Shown one piece after another: positions 9,641 through 22,962 of a stretch of 64,000 nucleotides of DNA; position 1 is the first letter of the stretch, and the number at the start of each line of letters is the position of its first letter. The notes beneath the pieces were generated by a model, which worked only from the letters and a program-made list of their open reading frames with translations, had not been told where the DNA came from and did not search any database. Origin of the DNA: Escherichia phage vB_EcoM-673R5; sequence record ON470615.2; one strand, written 5' to 3'. A program made the position numbers and the translations under genes.

Positions 9641-9889
9641 TCAATCTGCATTCAGGAGCAATGCGTTATCTATGATGATCTGCTCCCATTCTTCGAATGC
9701 CCGATCGCGGACGCCCTGGGGAACACTGTTAGTTTTGAAATCGACCACCGTCCGCCATTTCCCGTCCGGGCGGTACATGCGCAGAGCTTTACTTCCCCCT
9801 TCCCTGCGCACCTCAACGTTATGCTTATCAGCAAACTCTTGTAATGCTCGTAGCGTCCCATGCTTTACTGTGTAGTATCGCTTTTTCAA
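9641..9889 (-). CDS. 82-aa protein, Lxc/Bof-like by size and position
   Basis: 82-aa ORF downstream of darB operon genes; P1 lxc(bof) is 82 aa at the equivalent map position. Confidence 0.4.
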   Translation of the reverse strand: MKKRYYTVKHGTLRALQEFADKHNVEVRREGGSKALRMYRPDGKWRTVVDFKTNSVPQGVRDRAFEEWEQIIIDNALLLNAD

Positions 9890-10326
9890 GTTTTCTCTCC
9901 AGCCTGTGCCAAGGCTTCAACTTCCAAATCGTAAGACTCAAACTCATAGTCCTGGTCGTCAACTTCTTCAGGCACTGGCAGTAAATGCCAGGCTGAGTAT
10001 ATCTGACCATTATCAAAACGCTCCTGGCTGTAGAGCGTCGCGGCTATGAGTGTTAGCGCCGGGCGGTCATAACGGTAAATTTTGCGAACGTCACGGTCAA
10101 CGAGACGACCGAAATTACCATAACCGCGCTCCAGTAATAATTTTTTAATTTCCGGCCAGTATGGGCCATAGCTGCGGTACAGGCGGGGATTTTTCAGTAA
10201 TCGCCCGCGTAGCCCTGACAGGAAGAAATCAACGTATTCGTCTTCTGTCTTTCCTAACAATGCCGTACGCAGTACCGCCTCAAGATATGTTTTATTCGGT
10301 TTTATTGTATCAGATAGTGTGGCCAT
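9886..10326 (-). CDS. hypothetical 146-aa protein (ulx position)
   Basis: ORF whose stop overlaps the start of 9641-9889. Confidence 0.35.
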   Translation of the reverse strand: MATLSDTIKPNKTYLEAVLRTALLGKTEDEYVDFFLSGLRGRLLKNPRLYRSYGPYWPEIKKLLLERGYGNFGRLVDRDVRKIYRYDRPALTLIAATLYSQERFDNGQIYSAWHLLPVPEEVDDQDYEFESYDLEVEALAQAGEKT

Positions 10327-10359
10327 ATTATGCGACGCCCGGCGAACCGGGCGCTCCTG

Positions 10360-11133
10360 TTATGCGTATTGTTGGATGACGGCCAGAACGTCCGCCACGT
10401 TGTGTTTTGTCTCGATAATCCACCAGTTACCCGGGAAATCGCTGTTCTTCGCCTTCGCTGGCAGCCAGCGAGCGCCGAATTTCGCCTTGATTGCGTCTTT
10501 CGCACGGAAAAGAACGCCTTTCATGCCTGAGGCTTCCTGAAGCCCAAATACCTCGCCAGCGGCGAATTTTGGTGCGTACATCATCTTCAGGTCGGCGGTG
10601 GATACGCGATAATTCAGACCAAGAGACTGAGCTATGCTGGTGGCATCACCCTGTATTGATGATAACTCTTCTTGTTTCTCGTTTCTGGCGGCAATTTCTT
10701 CCTCCGTGATGTTGCCAAGGGCCAGGTTTATCCGATCAGCGTCGGCCTGTTTCTCTTCATCGGTGCGTCCGGCAAGAACCGTGTTAACTCTCTGCAATAT
10801 CTCCACATGATTCTTGCGCATGCTGAGCAATTCCGGCGTAACCTCGTTAAGATCCACCAGCCCAAGGATGGCAAGGTCGGAAAACATTGATACCAGGTTG
10901 TAGGTCATGCGATAGCTGAGTTGACCATAGGCTGATGGCAACTTCACCGCATCCATTTGATAGGCATCCATAAATTTAGAGCCGTCGTTTACGACATCCG
11001 CAATTGCCGGTGTGATTTTTCCTGTGGTGGCGGCCTCCCTGATTGCTGTTACCCACGATTGAGTCAGCGCGGCGACTGCATGATTCAGATTGGCTTTCCG
11101 TTCTGCTGCAATGTGCGCACTTGCTGCGTCCAT
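10360..11133 (-). CDS. hypothetical 257-aa protein downstream of darB
   Basis: Clean ORF, same strand as darB, 64 bp after the darB stop. Confidence 0.45.
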   Translation of the reverse strand: MDAASAHIAAERKANLNHAVAALTQSWVTAIREAATTGKITPAIADVVNDGSKFMDAYQMDAVKLPSAYGQLSYRMTYNLVSMFSDLAILGLVDLNEVTPELLSMRKNHVEILQRVNTVLAGRTDEEKQADADRINLALGNITEEEIAARNEKQEELSSIQGDATSIAQSLGLNYRVSTADLKMMYAPKFAAGEVFGLQEASGMKGVLFRAKDAIKAKFGARWLPAKAKNSDFPGNWWIIETKHNVADVLAVIQQYA

Positions 11134-11197
11134 TGCCTGCTTGATCTCGTCTTTATTGCTGTAAATGCCAATGGTGCCAAACTGTGCTGTGGTGATC

Positions 11198-14100
11198 TCA
11201 TAATCTGACGCCCGGACTCATGGGTACCGAAAATGGCATTGGTGACCTCAAGTTCAGAATCCCCGTTACGAGTAGCCCCTGGCTTGTTTTCTCCGGCATT
11301 TTTGCGATCGCATCCGCTATTTTCTCCTGAATTGCTTCAGGGGATAGCGTATCTCCGTATGACGCGATTACATCGCCATAATTGGAGCCAAACAATTCAA
11401 CCAGGAATGTTTCTGCCGAACGGATCTGGCGGTTATTCCCTTCCGACATCATACCAAGCACCCATTTTGCAATTGACGACTTCAGCGCGCCGTCACGGCG
11501 ATCCGGGTAAACCGCATGCTTCAGTGGGTCCGTATAGGTGCCAACAAAATCAATGCTATAGCCTGACTCTGTAGTCTGAACGCCGTATGAGTCAGTGATT
11601 TTGATCATGCCGCGCTGCTGGAAACGGTAGAAATCGTCACAGGAAATGATGTCGTTAATCCCGGCGATGGAGACGCCACCACTGATTTTCTGCATAACAG
11701 CATCTTCATCGGGAGTTACATCCACCTGTTTATCCAGCGTCTTCACATCCCAGTTACCCGATTTGGTGCCTTTGAAGGTAAAGATGATCTCCACGTCTGC
11801 GCGCTGGCTGTCGAAGTCCAGCGACTTAATGCGAACGATATCACCGGCACAATCATAGTATTGGCCTACACGCCATGAGCGATCGCCGATAACAAGGAAC
11901 TCATTCGCATGGTTAACCAGATCAGGATCAACATCCAGAATGCCTTTATTTATTGCATCCTCCACCAGCGGGCGCAGGCGTTTGATATCCGTCGCGGCCT
12001 TCTGAGTACGGTTCAATAATTTCTCATAGCGGGAGATGGCCTGAGAGATATTAGCCTTGCGCTGAATGGCGCTTTTCAACGACGCGCGATACTGTGCTAA
12101 CAACATACGGTCTGTGTGATGGACGCTACCCCAGCGGGCTTTCCAGTCTGCGTTATCAGCTGCTTTGGCCATTACCGCCTGTTTGAATTTGGCGACGTCG
12201 GCGGTGGTCTTTTCAAGTTCCGCTTTGCTTCGCTCCAATTCAGCGGTAAGTACCTCCACATCCTCACCAGCTGCGTGCTGCGCCTTGATGTAGTTCTGAA
12301 GGTCGATAGTAGCCTGTTCTTTCTGGCGAGCGCGTTTCGCAGCTTTCGCCTTATCCATTTGAACCTGCATCATTACCAGACGTTCGCCATCATCCTTAGC
12401 GGTATACATCTGCATTTCGATCATATCGTTGGCGTCGGCGTTCTCCATTTCTGACTTATCTGAACGGAGGATATCGGAGATCCAGCCTGCTTTACGCTTC
12501 AGCGTCTTCAGTCGGTATTCATCGAAAGAACCCTTGCCGCAGTAGTAATGAACGCGAACGCTTGCACGGTTGGAGCCAACTCGAGCACCGCGACCGTTAC
12601 GCTGTGCGATACTGGCTGGTGTCCATGGCAACGTCAGATGATGGATGTCAGTCGTTCCTCGATGCAGGTTGATACCCACCTCTGCCTTTTTGTTGCAGAT
12701 GATGATCGGAGTCCGGCCCTCCTGGAAGTCGGCTGCAATCTTTTCCAGACCGCCCAACGACATTTCATTTTGCTGCGCGATATAGGCGTCATACAGAGCC
12801 ATTTGCTCGTTGTATTTCGCTATCTGTGCATCTGTTGGTTCATCCGGTAACTCTTTCGGCGGTTTAACCGCTTTCAGTTTCTTACCGGTTTTACCTGCCT
12901 CGGCAACCGTCTGAGCATTCAGGATCCCCACCTTTGAAGGTTCAAGGTTAAGAGCATTGCAGATAATGCGCTTGAGCTTCTGGTGCTGCGTTTTTCGTCC
13001 GTGAAGATGATTTGCTTACCTTCCGGGAAAAACGCCTTCAGCGTGGCGATCAGCTTCGCGTATTTGGGTGTAACGGGGTGAGTTACGGTCTGTTCGTCAA
13101 TGCCAAACTTGGCCAGGCGATTATTCACTTCCTGCTCAAATGCTTCCGGTACCTGCAACTGAATAAACTCGCCCTTATCTATCAGGGAGTATTGCGATTG
13201 CTGCGTGATCGAATCATCACTGTCGTCGTCTTCGCTGGTGGCTTGTTTAGGCAAACTGTCCGCCAGCTGCTGCACCGCATCGGCGTACTCCGGCAGGAAA
13301 CGATAGGTGATCCTGCGATAGTACAGGTCCATGTCAGTACATACGCGGTCCATATCCCTGATTATTGAGAAGATCGGACGGGCTTTCTCGTGCTCAATCA
13401 CGCCGTCTTCATTGACCGAGGTCGTTACGCCATTGTTGGCTTTGGCTGCCGCTTCCGCCTGCTGACGCAATTCTTCATACGCCGCCAGTTGTTCTTCCGT
13501 AAGTGGTGCATCCTGCTGGTGTTCGTCCAGTTCCGGGATCTCCACGGTATCCTTAACGTCTTCCGCCGTTTTAAGCGTTGTCCAGCGATGGAATATGCCG
13601 CGCAGCGCATCAAGGTTTTCAAAGCCCACCAGCGCCATTTTTTCTTCAACTTCACCGCTGATTTTCTGTACCGTTTCCAGCCTGGTCTTGCCGAAGAATT
13701 TAACGAAGTCATCAGGACCGTAGATCCCCATCTTCTGCCAGTATTCCTTCGGCAGCACATGAGAAAGCATGTTGTATGCATCGATCGGGGTGTTAACGAC
13801 TGGCGTTGCAGTCAGGAGAACCGGTCCGCGCCCACCATTCTTTTTCATCAGGTACGCGTTTTTAATTGCCATATCCCGCGCCGATTGCGCCACCGCGCTG
13901 GTGGGCAGATAGGCCAGTTGTGACGCTTCGCGACCATTTTTATAGCTATTGCGGTAGTTGTGACCTTCGTCAGCGATCACACTATCGAAGCCCATATCCT
14001 CAAAGTACGGATACTTCTCTGCTTTTTCGGTGCCGGTATCTGAATACTCCGACAATACCCGGCGACGCGCGGCCTCTTTGCGGTGGGAGTCGGAGTCCAT

Positions 14101-17100
14101 TGCGCTGGCTACGCGCCCGGCGGCAACGAAGTCATAAAGCATATCCTGTGCATGCTCATCTACGGTGTCATCACGTAGCGGAATGCGGGCGTATTGTTCT
14201 TTGGTAAACACGACTGCACGGTAATTTGAGTGCGGGATCGCGTTCATCCGCGCCGTGATAGTGGCTTCATCTGCCAGTTTTAGGGCATCGCGCATAACTG
14301 GAGTGCCATCAGTACCAAGAACAGGTTTACCGTTCTCATCGAGCACCGGCACCTGGCGAATCTGATCGCCATCCATCAGCACATCAAGACCGACGAACAG
14401 GTAGTTACTGAATGCCTCTTCACTCAGGAATTCTTTTGCTTCGTAATACCAGTTTTCCAGCACTGATTTAGGCACTACATACGCAGTACGGGTGGAGCGA
14501 CCGTTCTCATAGTTGAACGCCTCAAGCGCCAGCGCGGTCGTAGTTTTACCCAGCCCGGTGCCGAAGCCCAGGATGCCGCGCCCATCTTCGGACAGTCGGC
14601 GCACTTCGCTATTCTGGTAATCAAATGGCTGGCGCTTACCGCTTAATCCCTTCAACCCAAGCGGATCGCCAGAGTGTTCATACGGGATATTGCTATTGAA
14701 CACATCGTTGTATTTGGCAACCAGTTCATCGTAGCGATCGTGCGTCTTGATCCACTTATTGAACTGGTCCTCAAGCAGTGCCATCTGCTCGCGGTAGCCG
14801 TTCGCCGTCGCGCTATCTTTGCCACCGATACGCGCACCATTGAGATACTTTTCCAGCTGTGCCGGGAACCCGGTCGCGTTTTCACCTGATTTACGGTCCC
14901 ACTCGTAGCGGATCTCGCCTGTTTCTTTATCCTTGCGCTGGACGACACCGTATCGGTGCCCGACGAACAGGCCATCACCACCGTGATAGGTGTCAGAAAC
15001 CATTTCGTCGCCTTCCAGCTGCACTGACTGCACATAGCGCAGATCCGGATAGCCGTTTTCCTGCAAAAACTCCAGAATGACGGAGCGGTCGAACCAACGG
15101 CTATTGAGCTTAAAGCGGATATTCTCTGCTGGCGTCTTGATGCGCTTCTCTTCGATCGCTGCCAGCTGATTAAGGACGTTGTTCTTTACTGGACCGTCGG
15201 GGAGTGTGGCAAGGAATTCCTGTTTTGGAGCCACTATCTCGTTAATGTCGCCGCTGGTGGCGCGGGCGAACGGAACAATCCCGCCATACGGAGAAACCGC
15301 AATACCAGGAGTGCTGGCCAATAAATTAAGCAACTCTTCATCACTGGCTGGCAGTTCGCCGGTAAACGCAAGGCGGAAATCATCGAGCTGGATTGGATCG
15401 CGGGTAAGATCGCTATAGAGATAACGCAGGGTGTCCTGATAGCTGGTGGAGTCATAACTGGCGCTGGAATCATGCGTAACCAGCTTTCCTGTTAGCTCGT
15501 CAGAAATAGTGCCATCCAGCTTAATTGCACCACGGAAAGCAAACCAGGCGCGCGCACCGCTTCCCGATAATTTAGCTATCGGACCGCGACCGGGGTTACC
15601 AAAACGGTCAATCTCTGCCTGCAAACGGGACACCAGAGAAAGGCGCTGCTGTTCGATTTGTTCAGCACTATGCCCGGCGGCCTTCATATCCTGATATTCA
15701 ATTAACATCCGGCCAATCATCGCCCCACGATACAAGCGTTCACGGTATTTTTCAGGCTGGCTGTTAATCCAGTCCACCAGCTGCACCATATCGTCGCTGA
15801 TTGATGTGGTGTACTTATCGCGGACATTTGCCATCTGGGTAAATGTCATACCGAGACGGCCTTCTGTTGTAGTCAGGTTACGCTGAAGAGCCTCCCAGCT
15901 ATCCGCGCCATAACTGGCAGCATCAATCTTAAGCTCCTTACCAGCATCAGCTTCAATCCAGCGACCACCAGCATATTTTTGCCATACGCCATTAATCAGG
16001 CGCATTTCCCCTTCATCAACAACATCTGCGGTCGGTGACGGTTCAGCCATATCGAGCAAAGACCAGTCGATACGACTTTCGAAACGATGAATCAGCTTCG
16101 CTTTAAGAGCCTGGTTATCAATCTGACCGTCGGCACGAACCTCAATACGCCCCTGGAAGCCCTTTTCCTGGGTGCCATGAACAAACCGGCGGCCATCCTT
16201 TTCAAACCACTTGCCAGAAATAAACGTTGGCCAAAGCACATTTGCCGATTCAAGAGTGCTTTCATCCACCAGGGGATTTTCTCAGCCATCTCTGCCGGAT
16301 GTTTGCGCATCAGCACCACATCAACGACTGTACTGGTCCCGTTTGCGTCAAAAGTACCGGTAGGCAAGCGGTGAGCGCCAAGAAATTCAGCTTTACGGGA
16401 TAAGCGCAGGCGTAACCGCTTCATGTTTGAACCTGAAACAATGGACGGCGGCACAATCACGCACATGAATCCGCCTGGCTTTATCTTGTCCAGCATGCGG
16501 AGCATGAAGTAAGAACCCATGTCCGTTTCTTCTGCGTAAGGCTTATCGATGTTGCGTGTGTTATCACGACCGCCGAACGGAACGTTACCCACAACATGGT
16601 CGAATGAATCGTTAGGCGTGCTTATAGCCAGCTGTTCGAACGGGGAAATCTGTACGCTGTCTTCCGGGTGTAACAACTGGTTTATACGACCGGAAACACT
16701 GCTGATCTCAGTCGCGGTCATCACCGTACCAACCGGTTTTGTCTCATTAAAAACGCCGGTTCCCGCCGATGGTTCCAGAGTGTTACCTACGTCCGCGCCG
16801 TAGAGCTTCATGATCTCCCAGACACCTTCAGCGATCGGCTTTGGTGTGTAATATTCGGAGACGGACCCGCCAATGCCGCCTTCACCGGTGTACCCAGCCA
16901 GGATCTGGCGCTGTTCATCTGTCAGTGTCGCGCCGTCCACCAGCGAATTAAGCAAATCTATCGCCTTCTGATTCGCCTCCCGGCGCAGTCGGTCATAGCT
17001 TTTGCCTTCCACCTTTTCCACGCCGTATTTAATCGGCGCTCGGTGAGATGTTATTGCCCTAATGTATTTCAATATTTCGCTGACACTTGAACAGCGAAAC

Positions 17101-17123
17101 ACCCCCATAAATAGCTTGTTCAT
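11198..17123 (-). CDS. darB: DarB antirestriction protein (methyltransferase-helicase fusion); frame broken at least twice
   Basis: ORFs 16092-17123, 12919-16269, 11198-12931; N6-MTase-like motif VVGNVPFG, helicase Walker A GFGTGLGKTT and DEGH box (VIADEGHNY); break at 12919-12931 spans a C4 run. Confidence 0.7.
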
Positions 17124-17132
17124 TGGTAATCC

Positions 17133-17156
17133 TTAACAAGTGACTAGTGTTAAATT
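17133..17156. promoter_or_regulatory. putative divergent late promoter box (darB / portal)
   Basis: Near-palindromic AACAAGTGACTAGTGTT followed by TAAATT; between divergent darB and portal gene. Confidence 0.35.
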
Positions 17157-17189
17157 CCGTTCAAACACGATGCGAATTATTCTAATTAA

Positions 17190-18920
<1,731 letters not shown>

Positions 18921-18924
18921 ACGG

Positions 18925-20150
18925 CAAACATTCCCAATTCACAGAGTCCGACCTAAACCACATGAAGCGGCTTAGGAATTACAGACTCTCCAAGGGCTAA
19001 CACTGCCAGCCCGGCAGCTTTTATATTACGGGCCGCGTTAATATCACGATCATGCTCTGCGCCACATTCCGGGCAGTGCCATTTACGAATATTAAGAGGC
19101 ATTTTTTGCATGGTGAAGCCGCAACTGCTGCAACGTTTGGAAGAAGGGAAATACTGGTCGATAGCGACAATGCTACGTCCACCCCATTCTCCTTTGTACT
19201 GGAGTTGGCGTACAAGTTCGCTCCAGCCTGCGTCAGCTATTGCTTTAGACAGCTTCGGGTTACGGATCATGTTTTTCACTTTAAGGGATTCGACGCAAAC
19301 AACTTGGTTTTCGTTAATCAGTTTGCGGGACAACTTATGCAGGTTATCCATCCGACAATCGACTATTCTCGCGTGGAGGCGGGCAACCTTTAAACGTGCT
19401 TTGGCGCGGTTCTTTGAGCCTTTTTGTTTCTTGCTCAATCTGCGCTGTAACACTGCTAATCGCTTCGCGTATTTAGCGTTGTGTCGAGGATTGCCAGTTT
19501 TAAAACCGGTATCGGTGACGAACAAATCTTTTAAACCAATATCAATGCCGACCGTGGAAACGGTGATCGGCAGTGATACAGGCTCAAACTCGCAGAGACA
19601 GGATACAAAATATCGTCCGGCAGCATCCCCTGGTGATAGTGACAGTGGATGGAGCAGACGGCAACGGACGGCTCCAGCGAACATCTAACGGCTCTTTGCT
19701 CTTTGCCATGTACAGCTTGCCGTCACGGTATTTAAATGCGCTGGCAGTTAGTTCTGCGGCCTGTTTATGCCGCTTGCTCTTAAAAACTGGGTATGCAGCA
19801 CGCCCGGCGAAAAAGTTAGCAAAAGCCGTTTGTTGGTGGCGCAGAGACTGCTGGAGGGGGACGCAGGAAACGTCATTCAGCCAAGCGAATTCTGGTTCTT
19901 TTTCAGTGCCGTTAATTTGGCGCTGGCTTGTGCATAGCCGACCCTCTCATGGCGTGCGTAGTACGCATCGGTGCGCCAGCGAAGGAGGCTGTTATAGACA
20001 AAACGCACACACCCAAAAGTCCGGGCTAATAGCTCGGTTTGTTCGGGAGTTGGATAGAATCGATATTTATAGGCACGCTTCATGTTCTATATAATACATT
20101 GAAACTAATGAGTATATAAATGAATACACGGACGAAAATGTTATCAAAGC
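18925..20150 (-). mobile_element. IS200/IS605-family element carrying tnpB only
   Basis: tnpB fills the interval between portal stop (18920) and protease start (20196); no tnpA; ends not mapped. Confidence 0.5.
18953..20083 (-). CDS. tnpB: TnpB (OrfB) of IS200/IS605 family; frameshifted
   Basis: N-terminus MKRAYKYRFYPTPEQTELLARTFGCVRFVYNSLL; C-terminal zinc-finger region (CSSCG...WHCPECGAEHDRDINAARNI). Confidence 0.7.
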
Positions 20151-20195
20151 CAATATACCAACAGACATTAGGTAAGGTAGCTGGAGGGCAATATA

Positions 20196-21215
20196 ATGAC
20201 TGATGTTTTGAAAACGGTCACTGACCGCTTTTGTCTCTATAGCAATGCTCGAAAAGGTCGCCAGAACGGGCGACAGTATGTATTAAGCGCGGTTAAGACC
20301 ATGCTTGAAAGCAAGGAAACTCAGGAAGGTTTACGCCTTGGAGAGCTTTTCGGCTATTACGGTCACGGTCGCCGACAGCTGACCGGCAAACTGGAAGTAC
20401 CAGAAACCAGCGTAATCATGGTGGAAGGTCGCCCGGTCGTAATCGACAATGTTCCAGCGTGCCGCACAGTGGCTATATCCGTTGACGACAACGGCATCGT
20501 TACCCATACACAGGAAATTCTTAACACAGAGCCGGGTAAAATTGTCGCCGCGATGATCGAAAGCCGAGCTGGTGGCTGGAGCTGGGCCACTGGCGGGCGT
20601 GAGTCCGGGAAAATCGCTGTAACCACCAGCTTCCATGGTGTGGATTATGTGACAACGCCGAACTATATCAGTCTGGATCATCCTGCCAGCGCCGGAATGT
20701 TTGAAAGCGCGGATTCTAAATCTTTACTGGCAGAGTCCCTGGCGGCGCATGGGTACTCCGACGAGTCAGTGCAGGCCGTTATATCCCATTACGGCAAAAT
20801 GGCTGAACTGGAAATGATGGTGGAGGCGACAGAGCGTACGGCAGAACTGGAAACTGCACTACTCGAAAGCCAGGGCCGCCACCTCGAAGCAATGGCCAAG
20901 ATCGCAGATGCTGAAGCGCGAATCGCTTTGCTGGAGGAAACAGCGGGTATCCGCGACGATGTGCTGGCAGCAATGCAAGACGAACTGGATAACCTCCCGA
21001 TCTTCGTCTCCGCCGCCCAAAAAGACGCATTCCGCCTCAAAGAACCTGGTGATGCAAAAATCGTTGCCACACTTTTCGAATCTCTGATCAAAGTTGGCGC
21101 ACGCAACTTGCCTGTCACCAAGAAAATTAAGGAGGTTCCGCAAGCGGCTAACGTCCAGGCACCGCGTGAGACAAGCATCATCACGTTTAATAATTCAATC
21201 AATCCGTTTAAATAA
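20196..21215 (+). CDS. head maturation protease (P1 pro position)
   Basis: 339-aa ORF with coiled-coil C-terminal half; synteny prt-pro-lyz. Confidence 0.45.
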   Translation: MTDVLKTVTDRFCLYSNARKGRQNGRQYVLSAVKTMLESKETQEGLRLGELFGYYGHGRRQLTGKLEVPETSVIMVEGRPVVIDNVPACRTVAISVDDNGIVTHTQEILNTEPGKIVAAMIESRAGGWSWATGGRESGKIAVTTSFHGVDYVTTPNYISLDHPASAGMFESADSKSLLAESLAAHGYSDESVQAVISHYGKMAELEMMVEATERTAELETALLESQGRHLEAMAKIADAEARIALLEETAGIRDDVLAAMQDELDNLPIFVSAAQKDAFRLKEPGDAKIVATLFESLIKVGARNLPVTKKIKEVPQAANVQAPRETSIITFNNSINPFK

Positions 21216-21225
21216 CCACCAAAAA

Positions 21226-21252
21226 TAACCCCGGCAGCTGCCGGGGTTCTCG
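21226..21252. terminator. bidirectional terminator
   Basis: Perfect palindrome ACCCCGGCAGCTGCCGGGGT followed by TCTCGTT. Confidence 0.5.
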
Positions 21253-21259
21253 TTAACTA

Positions 21260-21514
21260 TTATCGCCTTCGTGCCATATATTTGCGCACCGCGCGGCGTG
21301 GACAATCTGAAGCGGTTTCTTTCTGCTGCATCAATCTCGCAGCCATGCTCAAAAATGTCAGGCACAGCCGAAGCCCGGCATACAATAGCGGTTCCAGTGG
21401 CCACGTCTCATTGAGCACATATACCGCCATGAAAATCGAGTCAAAAACTATCGCCGCCAGCGATAACTTCATTGTCGAAAGTCGGCGGAGCTGCCGGAGT
21501 TTATTCATTGACAA
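21260..21514 (-). CDS. small membrane protein downstream of lyz
   Basis: 84-aa ORF with two hydrophobic segments; overlaps lyz 3' end. Confidence 0.35.
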   Translation of the reverse strand: MSMNKLRQLRRLSTMKLSLAAIVFDSIFMAVYVLNETWPLEPLLYAGLRLCLTFLSMAARLMQQKETASDCPRRAVRKYMARRR

Positions 21515-22057
21515 GCCCCGTCAGGCAAAGCTGGCGTTCTTTTTCACGGCGAATCTTTAAACCTCGCAGGGGCACGCCGTTACTGTTCACGAAATCAGGG
21601 AGATGGTTACACATATTCACCCATTCCCCTTTCTGCGCCCACTTGTGGATGGACGTTTCTACTCGCATGCCTCGCGCTTTGCTGTAGTAGGTCCGTAAGC
21701 TATTGCATCCCATATTGAATGCCGCGCTTGTCATTGCACTGAAGGCATTATCGGGCATGTCTTTGCCCCGGAAGTGCTGATTAATACAGCGTTCAGCGAT
21801 CAGGATATTCTTTTCCCAATCAGCGGCGATTTGCTGGTCGGTTTTTCGCACACCCGGCGTTACCCCGTGTGTATTACCGATCCCGTCAGTCCATACCCCG
21901 CCGGGCACATGTATGGATCACGTCGGCAACCTTCAGCGTTACCAATCAGCTCAAGCCCCGCCTGGTTGGTTCGCACATTGCCATTACCCATCACGATGGT
22001 AATCATCACCGCGATAGCGCAAATTGCACCGCCTCCTGCGGCTGTTTTTCCCTTCAT
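21501..22057 (-). CDS. lyz: SAR endolysin Lyz (T4-lysozyme fold); one frameshift
   Basis: MKGKTAAGGGAICAIAVMITIVMG SAR segment then ELIGNAEGCRRDPYMCPAG catalytic region; ORFs 21860-22099 and 21501-21908. Confidence 0.75.
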
Positions 22058-22140
22058 AAAGACCTCATAAGCGAATTTTTTACGCTCCAGGACAAACACC
22101 CATTCACAGCCAATACCGACTGACTCGATCCTTTAGAAGG

Positions 22141-22168
22141 CACAGGATAATGCAAATCACTTGTTAGC
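22141..22168 (-). promoter_or_regulatory. putative late promoter box upstream of lyz
   Basis: Minus strand AACAAGTGATT-tgcat-TATCCT. Confidence 0.3.
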
Positions 22169-22189
22169 TACGTTTCAAAGATATACATT

Positions 22190-22206
22190 ATTGCTCTAAT
22201 TAATTT
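22190..22206 (+). promoter_or_regulatory. C1 operator upstream of ssb
   Basis: ATTGCTCTAATTAATTT. Confidence 0.5.
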
Positions 22207-22225
22207 ATTTTATTAGGTAAGATAA

Positions 22226-22714
22226 GTGGCACAACGCGGTGTAAACAAAGTCATCCTGATTGGTACCCTGGGGCAAGACCCGGAGATCAGGTATATACCA
22301 AATGGCGGAGCGGTCGGAAGACTCAGCATCGCAACGAATGAATCATGGCGCGACAAGCAAACGGGCCAACAGAAAGAGCAAACAGAATGGCATAGAGTCG
22401 TTTTGTTCGGGAAACTTGCTGAAATTGCGAGTGAGTATTTACGAAAAGGTTCTCAGGTCTACATCGAAGGGAAACTTAAAACCCGTAAGTGGACAGATGA
22501 CGCCGGTGTAGAACGTTACACGACGGAAATTATCGTCAGCCAGGGCGGAACTATGCAAATGATCGGCGCCCGCCGCGACGATTCACAGTCCTCAAATGGC
22601 TGGGGGCAATCAAACCAACCTCAAAACCACCAGCAATACAGCGGTGGCGGCAAACCTCAGAGCAGCGCCAATAACGAACCTCCAATGGACTTTGACGACG
22701 ATATTCCGTTTTAG
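22226..22714 (+). CDS. ssb: single-stranded DNA-binding protein
   Basis: 162 aa; OB-fold N-terminus, Gly/Gln-rich linker, acidic tip DFDDDIPF. Confidence 0.9.
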   Translation: MAQRGVNKVILIGTLGQDPEIRYIPNGGAVGRLSIATNESWRDKQTGQQKEQTEWHRVVLFGKLAEIASEYLRKGSQVYIEGKLKTRKWTDDAGVERYTTEIIVSQGGTMQMIGARRDDSQSSNGWGQSNQPQNHQQYSGGGKPQSSANNEPPMDFDDDIPF

Positions 22715-22752
22715 AGTTAACTTGTGAGTTATTTGTAAATAGTTCATACACA

Positions 22753-22781
22753 GGCCCCTGTTAATACAGGGGATTTTTATT
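22753..22781 (+). terminator. intrinsic terminator after ssb
   Basis: CCCCTG-ttaata-CAGGGG hairpin followed by ATTTTTATTT. Confidence 0.55.
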
Positions 22782-22962
22782 TCTAGTAACTATAAGAGGT
22801 GTTAATTATTAATTGACAATCTTTAGTGTTTCGCGCACCTTGCAAGTATCCAATATTTACTGATTGTGGATGCATAAAGAAGATCCACAGCGTTACAAAT
22901 TTGTATTTCTTTCTTCAGCAATTAAGCAGGCGACTTGCTCTATCCTGCCCAAAGGAACACGT

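Noticed and set aside
12116-16374. Numerous 60-180-aa ORFs on the plus strand inside darB (for example 13012-13368, 13390-13923, 13866-14207)
   Set aside because: Antisense to a long, motif-bearing helicase/methyltransferase gene; typical shadow ORFs.
19052-20094. Plus-strand ORFs 19052-19393, 19110-19688, 19573-20094
   Set aside because: Lie antisense within the tnpB reading frames; no independent support.
20331-21202. Minus-strand ORFs inside the protease gene
   Set aside because: Antisense to a clean 339-aa ORF; several are Ala/Ser/Arg-rich low-complexity translations.
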